Positions 5,191 through 13,275 of a stretch of 20,000 nt of DNA are shown one piece after another. The notes beneath the pieces were generated by a model. It saw only the letters and a program-made list of their open reading frames with translations. It was not told the DNA's origin and ran no database searches. Numbering within the stretch: position 1 is the stretch's first letter; the number at the start of each line of letters is the position of its first letter. The position numbers and the translations under genes were made by a program. Source of the stretch: an uncultured virus (IMG/VR IMGVR_UViG_3300027974_001778) (lineage: Duplodnaviria > Heunggongvirae > Uroviricota > Caudoviricetes); IMG/VR virus record IMGVR_UViG_3300027974_001778, positions 107,476 to 127,475 of that record. One strand, 5' to 3'.

Positions 5191-5296
5191 GTTGTTACGA
5201 CCATTCTCCGAGACCCCCTCTTAAGGCCGTGGTAGGAAACAACCATAACATCTTTAAAGAACGTTACCAAACTTGATGAGTACTTCTAACTCATTG

Positions 5297-5378
5297 TATC
5301 AGAGGTGGGACTCGAACCCACACGAGCAAAGCTCAACAGATTTTAAGTCTGTCTTGTATACCATTCCAACACTCTGAC
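5297..5378 (-). tRNA. tRNA-Leu(TAA)
   Basis: ACAGA-CT TAA AA-TCTGT anticodon arm, long variable arm. Confidence 0.94.
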
Positions 5379-5387
5379 ATTGTTTTA

Positions 5388-5395
5388 CAAAGATA
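5388..5395 (-). promoter_or_regulatory. TATCTTTG -7 element upstream of the tRNA-Leu/Arg/Leu unit
   Basis: Matches TAnnTTTG, 9 nt upstream of the tRNA. Confidence 0.6.
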
Positions 5396-5418
5396 GTGAA
5401 TATCTTTAATAAAGTCAT

Positions 5419-5451
5419 AAAAAAACCCCGAACTTTTTTAGTCGGGGTTTT
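5419..5451 (-). terminator. Intrinsic terminator after ORF 5469-6188
   Basis: AAAACCCCGA/TCGGGGTTTT hairpin plus T tract. Confidence 0.8.
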
Positions 5452-5468
5452 AATTATAATAATTATTA

Positions 5469-6188
5469 TTAATCATTAAAACTTTCCTCGTAATAAGTAT
5501 CGCTTGCGTTATCTTCTATATTTTCTGTATGAACCAATTCGATTGTCATATCATGAAAATTGAATATAAATTGTCCATCAGAACCTTCATTAATTTCCCA
5601 ACCACTATAGTTATCACTAAGCTCTCTGTAACACCAATCTTCAATTGCAGCTGGAACTCCATCACCTGTTTCATTAAAACTACTTTCAAGATATCCCGAA
5701 TCACCAGAACCATTATATGTTACTATTAAAATCCCATCGTCAGGAATTGTAAGGTCTTCTAATACTCCACTTTCTTCCCATTCTTCAAATAGCTCCTTTC
5801 CTTGTTCATCCTCCCAAGTAACTGAACTACCTTCTCCTCTAGTATAAAAAGACCACCAACGAGTAAAACTAATTTTTTTAGAATCTACGTCAATGTCGTA
5901 TTCAAGTCTTTGATAATTCGTATCATCATTATCAGGTTCTCTAATTAAATTATTATCATCGCAATATTTCATAATTTTTTGAAGTATTGGAATCAATCCT
6001 GATGGAATATCTGCATTGTAGTTATTAGTGAAATGGGTTACATAATCCCAATCAACATTGTCATAATCAAATTCCTCTTGATTATCCATATCAATTTCAA
6101 TGTTGCCGTCTTGCATTCCCATTGAACCTAAGTAATTGGATATTCTTCTTAAATATTGTTTTTCTTCTGGTGTTAAAATTCCTTTCAT
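5469..6188 (-). CDS. Acidic protein with C-terminal DUF6878-like domain
   Basis: YNGSGDSG...SGWEINEGSDGQF motif, recalled as DUF6878-like; sits next to a DUF6915-like gene. Confidence 0.6.
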   Translation of the reverse strand: MKGILTPEEKQYLRRISNYLGSMGMQDGNIEIDMDNQEEFDYDNVDWDYVTHFTNNYNADIPSGLIPILQKIMKYCDDNNLIREPDNDDTNYQRLEYDIDVDSKKISFTRWWSFYTRGEGSSVTWEDEQGKELFEEWEESGVLEDLTIPDDGILIVTYNGSGDSGYLESSFNETGDGVPAAIEDWCYRELSDNYSGWEINEGSDGQFIFNFHDMTIELVHTENIEDNASDTYYEESFND

Positions 6189-6199
6189 ACTTATAAATA

Positions 6200-6553
6200 T
6201 CAGTCGTTGAACTCTAGTTTAATTGTTTTTAACATCCATTGAGGACGTTGATTTGTTGATACGTTATTTATCCATTCTTTGGCAGATGGAATGTAGTTAT
6301 TACAATCTTCTTTAACATGTTGTTCTCCAACATATCTGGTGTAGACTGTAGTCCCGTCGCTATTCTTAAATTCGGCCCCAAATCTTTTTTCCATTTCAAA
6401 AATACCCTCACTATGATGTCTAAACATTCTATGAAGTGAATCTCCAAACCATCCTTTAGTCTCATCTAACCATTCATGTAGATGAATATAGTCTTCAGGT
6501 TTTCCACCAAATTTTTTGGCGGATGATTTTGCATGTAAGTTAGGGTGTGCCAT
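6200..6553 (-). CDS. DUF6915-like His-rich protein
   Basis: HAKSSAKKFGG..EDY..HEW.D..K...HR..RHH.EG...EQHVKED pattern. Confidence 0.7.
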   Translation of the reverse strand: MAHPNLHAKSSAKKFGGKPEDYIHLHEWLDETKGWFGDSLHRMFRHHSEGIFEMEKRFGAEFKNSDGTTVYTRYVGEQHVKEDCNNYIPSAKEWINNVSTNQRPQWMLKTIKLEFND

Positions 6554-7118
6554 TTTTCCAAGAGTCTTTATTGTAGTTAAAATATACGAAATCTTCTTCT
6601 AAATAAGAATAAACATAATCAGCCAAATCTTGGTCATAATATTCTTTATAATCATATCCTGATGAATAACCGTTGTTTAAAATGTTATCATACACAATAT
6701 CAAAAAGTTCATGTGAATCATCCATAAAAAATGGAAGTTTTAATATGTCTGAGTATAAATTCTCAACTCTAATTAATAAATCAGGAGTTTTGGTAATCCT
6801 TTTTTTTAAAAAAAATTCATAATCCAAAGTTTTGCCAGGAAATTTTATTTCTTCATGCAATTTTTGTCTAATCCAACTATTAAAGTCATTAGGAATTAAA
6901 TTAGAGTGTATACAAAAAAGATGATATATTGAAATCATTCTGATATATGGATTTCTTGTATTTAAAACAAAAAAATATTCTTCTTTACCTTTTGGAATTT
7001 GCAAACCATGTAGTCCAATAACGTCAAATTCAAAGTATGTTTGAATAGGCATGCATGACCTTGCTGCCGTTCTAATAGGTGTTGCCCACAATACTTTATA
7101 TTTGTCAGAATAATTCAT
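6540..7118 (-). CDS. Sulfotransferase family 2-like protein
   Basis: RNPYIRMISIY (3'-PB motif), IRVENL and YKEYYD...EDFVYFNY; the 5'-PSB motif (PIRTAARS) is divergent. Confidence 0.7.
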   Translation of the reverse strand: MNYSDKYKVLWATPIRTAARSCMPIQTYFEFDVIGLHGLQIPKGKEEYFFVLNTRNPYIRMISIYHLFCIHSNLIPNDFNSWIRQKLHEEIKFPGKTLDYEFFLKKRITKTPDLLIRVENLYSDILKLPFFMDDSHELFDIVYDNILNNGYSSGYDYKEYYDQDLADYVYSYLEEDFVYFNYNKDSWKNGTP

Positions 7119-7351
7119 TATAAAATCTTTTCTTGTCTTCTTCTTGCCATTTCAGCGTCTTTGTACCATCTAATCCAAGTTAAAGACACATCAATTGGTG
7201 CTAACACCCAAGCCATAACCATAACCATAATAGTATCTAATTCAGGAGACCCACCTGTTGGGTCATCACTATACCTTTTACTAAGGTTTTTAAATAACTG
7301 ATAGAAACAATATATTACACATACAAGGTAATATCCAATAAACATACTCAT
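7118..7351 (-). CDS. Small two-TM membrane protein
   Basis: Two hydrophobic segments; start moved to ATG 7351, downstream of tRNA-Thr. Confidence 0.7.
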   Translation of the reverse strand: MSMFIGYYLVCVIYCFYQLFKNLSKRYSDDPTGGSPELDTIMVMVMAWVLAPIDVSLTWIRWYKDAEMARRRQEKIL

Positions 7352-7366
7352 AAATAAAAATTTTTG

Positions 7367-7439
7367 AGCCTCCTGTCGGACTCGAACCAACGACCACTTG
7401 TTTACAAAACAAGAGCTCTACCAACTGAGCTAAGGAGGC
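7367..7439 (-). tRNA. tRNA-Thr(TGT)
   Basis: GCCTCCT/AGGAGGC acceptor, CTTGT-TT TGT AA-ACAAG anticodon arm. Confidence 0.95.
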
Positions 7440-7442
7440 TTA

Positions 7443-7517
7443 TGGAGCAGATGAGAGGAATCGAACCTCCGTCTCCTACTTGGAAGGAAGGAGTAATGAC
7501 CATTATACGACATCTGC
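7443..7517 (-). tRNA. tRNA-Gly(TCC) with encoded CCA
   Basis: GCAGATG/CATCTGC-T-CCA; CCTTC-CT TCC AA-GTAGG anticodon arm. Confidence 0.93.
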
Positions 7518-7573
7518 GTGGAGTGCAGTGGGAGGTACCTTCCCTGTGGTTACTACACATTTTATCCACTTTG

Positions 7574-7646
7574 CGGTCCCGACGGGATTCGAACCCGTAT
7601 CTCGCACCGTGACAGGGTGGAATTGTAACCATTCAACCACGGAACC
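7574..7646 (-). tRNA. tRNA-Asp(GTC)
   Basis: GGTTCCG/CGGGACC-G acceptor, CACC-CT GTC AC-GGTG anticodon arm. Confidence 0.93.
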
Positions 7647-7674
7647 GTGTATGGGGAGTTTCACCCCAAACTTT

Positions 7675-8163
7675 TTACTCAACAAAGATATGATTATATT
7701 CCAATATTCTTCGTTTTAATTTATTAACATATTGTGGGTCCTCGGCATAAACTTTACCGAGTAATGCAAAATATTGTTTTTTTGTCATATCATTACGTGA
7801 TTTTAACATGTGGTCTTGCCACAATGAGTAATCATACACGCTATACCCCCAATCTTCGTATTTTGAGTAACCACTTTGGGTTTCCCCAATCTTTGCGGAT
7901 TCTCTTTTACTTGGAACTTTCATTCCAAAAAGATTATTAGCTGATTTGAACAACTTTGATGTAAACTCTCCTGATTCTAATATAGCTTGTGCAAACACAA
8001 TATCAGGAAATTTTATACCATACTTAATTATCTGCTCATACAAACTTTCTTTTGAGATACTCTCTTGAGTATTTGATTCAATCTGTACTTGCTTCTCTTG
8101 TGCTTTGGTTGCCATTGTTCCTAACAATAACATCCCAGTCAATAAGAATGTTTTTAACTTCAT
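7675..8163 (-). CDS. Secreted GH73 glucosaminidase/muramidase (FlgJ-like peptidoglycan hydrolase)
   Basis: Signal peptide; AQAILESG, NNLFGMK and YAEDPQY motifs. Confidence 0.88.
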   Translation of the reverse strand: MKLKTFLLTGMLLLGTMATKAQEKQVQIESNTQESISKESLYEQIIKYGIKFPDIVFAQAILESGEFTSKLFKSANNLFGMKVPSKRESAKIGETQSGYSKYEDWGYSVYDYSLWQDHMLKSRNDMTKKQYFALLGKVYAEDPQYVNKLKRRILEYNHIFVE

Positions 8164-8243
8164 TTCTTTCTTTTTGTCTGTTTATGCTTCAGGATTGCTC
8201 CATCCACGATACTACAACATTGGAATTTTTCCACCTACCGCAG

Positions 8244-8315
8244 AGGCCCCTGTAGGATTTGAACCTACGACCAGTTGATTAACAGTCAACTGCTCTACCA
8301 CTGAGCTAAAGGGCC
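8244..8315 (-). tRNA. tRNA-Asn(GTT)
   Basis: GGCCCTT/AGGGGCC acceptor, GTTGA-CT GTT AA-TCAAC anticodon arm. Confidence 0.94.
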
Positions 8316-8355
8316 TTATAATAATAAATAAAATTTCCAATAAAGGAAACTTTTG

Positions 8356-8429
8356 TCGGGATGGCTGGATTCGAACCAACGGCCTCCACGTCCCAAACGT
8401 GGCGCGATACCTGACTACGCTACATCCCG
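8356..8429 (-). tRNA. tRNA-Pro(TGG)
   Basis: CGGGATG/CATCCCG-A acceptor, CCACG-TT TGG GA-CGTGG anticodon arm. Confidence 0.95.
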
Positions 8430-8434
8430 TAAAT

Positions 8435-8465
8435 AAAAAAACCCTGAAGGATAAGTTCAGGGTTT
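8435..8465 (-). terminator. Attenuator terminator 2
   Basis: AAACCCTGAA/TTCAGGGTTT stem plus T tract ending 5 nt before tRNA-Pro; CTGAACTTA is complementary to leader segment 8504-8512. Confidence 0.85.
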
Positions 8466-8486
8466 AAATAATTGGCTATAATATTG

Positions 8487-8585
8487 TTACCAACCACTCG
8501 CTTCTGAACTTACGCATATAGTGCCCCCATCTCCATTAGGAGTTGTCGGCGTGTCTAAATTTGTATTTGTGTTCATAGTTTTCAT
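8487..8585 (-). CDS. Putative attenuation leader peptide 2 (32 aa, MKTMNTNTNLDTPTTPNGDGGTICVSSEASGW)
   Basis: Hand translation (below the ORF-track cutoff); 17 of codons 5-22 are N/T/D/P/G, matching the downstream tRNAs; contains the antiterminator strand. Confidence 0.8.
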   Translation of the reverse strand: MKTMNTNTNLDTPTTPNGDGGTICVSSEASGW

Positions 8586-8640
8586 AGTACAATATTACAA
8601 TAAATATATTCAAAATCAAATAAATCCCTATTTTAGTTTT

Positions 8641-9360
8641 TTAAGGTAATGTGTTACTACCTTTCAGGTAAAAGTCACCTACAACTTTTGGTCTTAATTC
8701 TGTACCTGAGTACGTACTATAAACTCTGTATTCCCCAACAGGAATACGAGTTCCCGTGTAATTTAAAACATAATCAGATAATGTAGAATTAGTATTGAAA
8801 GGAGTTCTATATATCATATTGGTATGCGCACTAGACATTCTTGATTGTCTCCAATTTGGGTTAGGTGTTGCATTCACAGGAATTAATACCATAATCCACA
8901 CAAATTGATTATTAACTAAAGGACCATTAATTTTAACCGTTCCAAAATTATACACACCTGCCGAAGTTTGTGTAATATTTGATTGAATGACTGTAGGTAA
9001 TGTTCCATTATACCAATACGGCATATCAATATAATTTAACAAATCAGTATAATTTGTTGATTTGATTGGTGACCCAGTAAAAAAACCATAAAATGGAGTG
9101 TTTGTCGGGGTTTGTGTACTACGAGGTCTTGTCTTTAAATAACTCACAATCATATTGAGTTTTGACTGAGGCTCAACAAAAATATAAACCTTTGGTCCAA
9201 CTGATGAAACAGTCGGAGATGTTGACATTGTTCTTAAGTCTTCTCCTTGAGTTGATTCAATTGAAGTTTGTTTAACTGGGTCATACACGTCGTCTTTTGT
9301 ACAAGATACAAATAATACCGATGTTGCGAAAATTGCAAGAAATAATTGTTTTAGTTTCAT
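8641..9360 (-). CDS. Predicted lipoprotein
   Basis: MKLKQLFLAIFATSVLFVSC lipobox; TATCTTTG promoter at 9376-9383. Confidence 0.8.
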   Translation of the reverse strand: MKLKQLFLAIFATSVLFVSCTKDDVYDPVKQTSIESTQGEDLRTMSTSPTVSSVGPKVYIFVEPQSKLNMIVSYLKTRPRSTQTPTNTPFYGFFTGSPIKSTNYTDLLNYIDMPYWYNGTLPTVIQSNITQTSAGVYNFGTVKINGPLVNNQFVWIMVLIPVNATPNPNWRQSRMSSAHTNMIYRTPFNTNSTLSDYVLNYTGTRIPVGEYRVYSTYSGTELRPKVVGDFYLKGSNTLP

Positions 9361-9429
9361 AGTTGTCTTTTTTTACAAAGATAATAAAATAATTTGATTT
9401 TGAAAATTATTTACAGATATTTATTCTTG

Positions 9430-9531
9430 ATGATAGACAATAATATTACGTGTCTTTTGGGAATTAACCAAAAATATGAGAACTCGGGAACGTTGAGATG
9501 TGGAAAACCTCGAACCATAAACTATTGCTAA
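9430..9531 (+). CDS. Possible leader peptide 3 (33 aa, MIDNNITCLLGINQKYENSGTLRCGKPRTINYC)
   Basis: Follows TATTTAT (9418-9424) and precedes terminator 9548-9575. Confidence 0.4.
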   Translation: MIDNNITCLLGINQKYENSGTLRCGKPRTINYC

Positions 9532-9547
9532 ATCATTGGGATATTTT

Positions 9548-9575
9548 AAAGGGGTCGAAGTTCGTCCCCTTTTTT
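9548..9575 (+). terminator. Intrinsic terminator
   Basis: AAAGGGGTCGA/TCGTCCCCTTT hairpin plus T tract. Confidence 0.7.
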
Positions 9576-9678
9576 GTTTTTATCATCCAAATAAACTATG
9601 TTTGTAAAAATTGGATAAAATGTTTAGTAGACTAAATCCAAATATATATAAAAACATTACCGTCTAAACAATTACAGA

Positions 9679-12420
9679 ATGAGAGAAATTAAATCTTTTG
9701 ATATTTTTGATACTTTAATATCAAGAACTGTTGAAAATCCGATTGATATTTTTGACATTGTTGAAAAACAATTCCCGTATAATAATTTTAAAAATTTACG
9801 AATTCAGTCACAAAATCAATCAAACCACACAATGGATTCAATTTATAATGAATTTAAAAATATCACAAATGAATCTGATGAAACCATAAATAAGTTAAGA
9901 GAATTTGAACTAATTACGGAAATGGAAAATACCATACCAATTTTTAGTAATATTTCAAAAATAAAAGACGGTGATATATTTGTTTCTGATATGTACCTGT
10001 CTTCAAATGAAATACGTAAATTACTTGATTATCATAATATAAATAAAAATACGGAGTTATTTGTTTCATCTGGAGGTAAATCAGATGGTACAATGTGGGA
10101 GGCTCTTACACAAACATATAAAATTAATTCTCATTATGGTGACAATTATCATTCTGATATAATGATGGCCTCAAGATATGGAATAAAAGGGGTTTACACA
10201 GAAGCCTATAAATTCACAGTTTTAGAATCATATCTTATTCGAAATAATGAATTTGAGTTATGTCAACAAATAAGAAAATTTAGACTTGCAAATCCATATG
10301 ATGAAAATACTATAGAATACAAAATATACGAACAACAAATTTCTTATAATATACCAATACTATTATTTATTTGTAATAAACTAGATGAAATTTTAATAAA
10401 TGAAAATCGTAATACTGTATTATTTCATTCAAGAGATGGGTGCTTATTAATAAAATTATTTTCTTACTTATACCCACAATATAAATCAATATATTTACAT
10501 TCTAGCAGAATTATTAATAATGATTATACCGATGACTATATTTCATATTTAAAAGAAAATTATGATAAAGATAGTTGTGTTTTATTTGATTTACATGGTT
10601 CATTAAACAGTGGGAAAAAACTTTTTACATCACTTTTTGAACATTTGCCTAGAATATTTATTTTTGACCTTTCTTATATTGAAAATTATATTAGTGAAAT
10701 AACATATATCACAAATTACTCAAGTAAAATAGAGGAGTTTAATCATGATTATAAAGGAACATTAGTTCAATTTATAAAGAATGAAGATATACGTACCCCA
10801 ACTGAGCATCCTCTAAAATATATTGATATAATTCATAGTATTTTTGATTCTTTTATAAAATATTTTGATGTAAATTTGAAAAAAAATCCAATATTGAACA
10901 ATAATGATTTTTTTAAAAAATATTATGTAGAAACTGTATGTAAATCTGAAACTATTTTAAAAAACCAATTTGAATTTTTGAATCTTACCAAATTAGCAAA
11001 CAAATATAACTCAGACAAAGGAAACCTTTTTTTGTGTGCTCACCATTACTCTATAAAGTACGAACAAATATTCAATGATATATTAAATTTTAAATTAGGA
11101 AGAAAAGATTTTTCTACATTTGATTTATTAGAAATTGGATTAAATATATCAACCACAGAAGAATCAATCCCATCATTAATGATATGGAATGATTATTTTA
11201 ATAAAAATATAAATATTACAGGATTTGATATAGATAATCGTTTTTCAAAATTAAATATAGACCAAAATATAGATATTAAAATTGGTGACCAATCAAGTGA
11301 AAAGGACTTATTACAATTAAAAAATAAAAACTATGACATGATAATTGATGATGGTTATCATGCGTCAAAACATCAACAAATTACATTTAAAACATTGTGG
11401 CAAAACGTAAAACCAGGAGGATATTTTATTATTGAGGATTTACATTACCAACCAGAGCCAGAAACGTGCATAAAAACAAAAGAGTTATTTGAAAATTGGA
11501 AGAGCGATAATTGGATAGAAACTGAGTATATTAACTCAGATGAAATACAAATCATCAAAAAGGATATTGAAAGTATTGAATTTTATGACTCAAGCTCAAA
11601 AAATTGGGGGGATTCCGTAAAAAACGCGTTTGTGTATATTAAAAAAAAAGAAAGAATGAATATTATAAATGAAAACACTATGAATGAAATTATACAATAT
11701 GAATTTCCAGTACCATCACAGGCGGAAGAAAAATATTATTACACAGATAAATCAGCGATTTTGAATATCAGAAACATTTTAAGTAAAAATGGTAAGTATA
11801 ATTATTGTGAAATTGGTTCTTATTTAGGAGGTTCATTAGTCCCCTTTTTAAGAGACCCTCAATGTGAGTATATACTATCAGTTGATGATAGAGGTAATAT
11901 ACAACCAGATGAAAGGGGTATTAGTTATGATTACAGGCATATTTCAACCCAAACTATGTTAGATACATTATCAAAGCATAGTTTAGATTTAACAAAATTA
12001 GAAACATTTGATGGTTCTGTACATGAATTAAATAAAAACATCAATAAATTTGATTTAGTTTTTATAGATGGTGAACATACCGATTATGCATGTTTTAGAG
12101 ACTTTATGTATTCTCAAAAATACCTAAAAGAAAATTCAGTTGTTATGTTTCATGATAGTACTTTAGTATATAAATCATTAAAAATAATACAAGAATATCT
12201 GACATGTAATAATATAGTTCATAAATTTATTAAAATTCCAAATTCATCAGTAACGTTTATTTTTTTTGGTGATTATATTTCTTTGTGTACTGAATTTGAA
12301 TCAGAAGATGTTGAAATTTTTTATAATAAGTCAGAAGAAGAGGTTCTTTACCATGTTATACAAAATAGAGTAGAGGGAAGTTTTATTATTAAAAATAAAA
12401 CATACACAATAGGTGGGTAA
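9679..12420 (+). CDS. Multidomain HAD-like hydrolase plus two class I SAM methyltransferase domains
   Basis: HAD: SFDIFDTL, VSDMYL, HYGDNYHSD. MTase 1: SDKG..LLEIG..DMIIDDGYH..KPGGYFIIEDL. Methyltransf_24-like: EIGSYLGGS..FIDGEH..FHDS. Confidence 0.8.
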   Translation: MREIKSFDIFDTLISRTVENPIDIFDIVEKQFPYNNFKNLRIQSQNQSNHTMDSIYNEFKNITNESDETINKLREFELITEMENTIPIFSNISKIKDGDIFVSDMYLSSNEIRKLLDYHNINKNTELFVSSGGKSDGTMWEALTQTYKINSHYGDNYHSDIMMASRYGIKGVYTEAYKFTVLESYLIRNNEFELCQQIRKFRLANPYDENTIEYKIYEQQISYNIPILLFICNKLDEILINENRNTVLFHSRDGCLLIKLFSYLYPQYKSIYLHSSRIINNDYTDDYISYLKENYDKDSCVLFDLHGSLNSGKKLFTSLFEHLPRIFIFDLSYIENYISEITYITNYSSKIEEFNHDYKGTLVQFIKNEDIRTPTEHPLKYIDIIHSIFDSFIKYFDVNLKKNPILNNNDFFKKYYVETVCKSETILKNQFEFLNLTKLANKYNSDKGNLFLCAHHYSIKYEQIFNDILNFKLGRKDFSTFDLLEIGLNISTTEESIPSLMIWNDYFNKNINITGFDIDNRFSKLNIDQNIDIKIGDQSSEKDLLQLKNKNYDMIIDDGYHASKHQQITFKTLWQNVKPGGYFIIEDLHYQPEPETCIKTKELFENWKSDNWIETEYINSDEIQIIKKDIESIEFYDSSSKNWGDSVKNAFVYIKKKERMNIINENTMNEIIQYEFPVPSQAEEKYYYTDKSAILNIRNILSKNGKYNYCEIGSYLGGSLVPFLRDPQCEYILSVDDRGNIQPDERGISYDYRHISTQTMLDTLSKHSLDLTKLETFDGSVHELNKNINKFDLVFIDGEHTDYACFRDFMYSQKYLKENSVVMFHDSTLVYKSLKIIQEYLTCNNIVHKFIKIPNSSVTFIFFGDYISLCTEFESEDVEIFYNKSEEEVLYHVIQNRVEGSFIIKNKTYTIGG

Positions 12421-12483
12421 CATCTAAAAAAGATTCAATAAAATTTATATAAAAATTTCTTATCTTTGATAAAAGCGGATAAA

Positions 12484-12972
12484 ATGAGTACGGTATTGGT
12501 ATTAAATTATGATTACACCCCCCTAAATGTTACAACTATAAGGAGAGGGTTTGTATTGGTAGATAAGGGTAAGGCAGAGGTTGTTAAATCAGATGAATCA
12601 CCTATTATGACTAGTTATAAGATATACATACGCCCTGTAATCATCCGACTTTTAAAATACATCAAATATCAAACAAGAGGATTAAGAGCCAATAGAACAA
12701 GAATATATAAAAGAGATAGTTATGAATGTGTTTATTGTGGTTCAAAAAAAGATTTGACATTAGACCATGTTTTACCTAAATCAAGAGGTGGTGGAAACGA
12801 ATGGACCAATCTTGTAACATCTTGTTTTAAATGTAATCTTAAAAAAGGTAGTAAAACACCTGATGAAGCCAAGATGACGATGAAACATAGACCTTTCGCT
12901 CCAACATTAATTAATGAGAACGTAGGAATGCAAAAGATTTGGAATGATTATCAAAAATCATTTGTTTATTAG
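12484..12972 (+). CDS. HNH endonuclease (McrA/HNH_5-like)
   Basis: VLVLN..Y.PL, CVYCG, LTLDHVLPKSRGG...W.NLVTSC..CN; TATCTTTG at 12461-12468 favours ATG 12484. Confidence 0.9.
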   Translation: MSTVLVLNYDYTPLNVTTIRRGFVLVDKGKAEVVKSDESPIMTSYKIYIRPVIIRLLKYIKYQTRGLRANRTRIYKRDSYECVYCGSKKDLTLDHVLPKSRGGGNEWTNLVTSCFKCNLKKGSKTPDEAKMTMKHRPFAPTLINENVGMQKIWNDYQKSFVY

Positions 12973-13001
12973 AATTTTTTACTAAAATTAAAAATACAGT
13001 T

Positions 13002-13274
13002 ATGTCAATAGAAACTAAATTAAGGGGATTTTTGGTGTTATCAATTTTAATACTATTATGGGAAATGGTTATGTGGAATAATAGTATCATAACCGTGAAA
13101 GAACAAAAAAGTAAAATTGATAGTTTAACAAATATATCTGATAGTCTCCGTGATGAATCATTTGTCAATTCTATTGAAGCCAGTAGATATGAAATTGCCT
13201 TAGAAATTTATAAAGAAAAAAATCCTAAAGCAGTTGAAGAAATTGAATTAATAAAAACAACACAAACAGAATAA
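13002..13274 (+). CDS. Membrane-anchored hypothetical protein
   Basis: N-terminal TM segment followed by a helical tail. Confidence 0.75.
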   Translation: MSIETKLRGFLVLSILILLWEMVMWNNSIITVKEQKSKIDSLTNISDSLRDESFVNSIEASRYEIALEIYKEKNPKAVEEIELIKTTQTE

Positions 13275-13275
13275 A

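Noticed and set aside
4971..5270. ORFs 4971-5168 and 5079-5270
   Set aside because: They have non-ATG starts and overlap tRNA-Arg and structured spacers.
5379..5468. Leader-peptide attenuator for the Leu/Arg/Leu tRNAs (likewise 83-175 for Ile)
   Set aside because: The terminators belong to upstream full-length genes, there is no short ORF, and a promoter lies between terminator and tRNA.
7364..8255. ORFs 7364-7612, 7402-7632, 7480-7719, 7503-7685, 7734-7940 and 8052-8255
   Set aside because: They overlap tRNA-Thr/Gly/Asp or are antisense to the GH73 gene.
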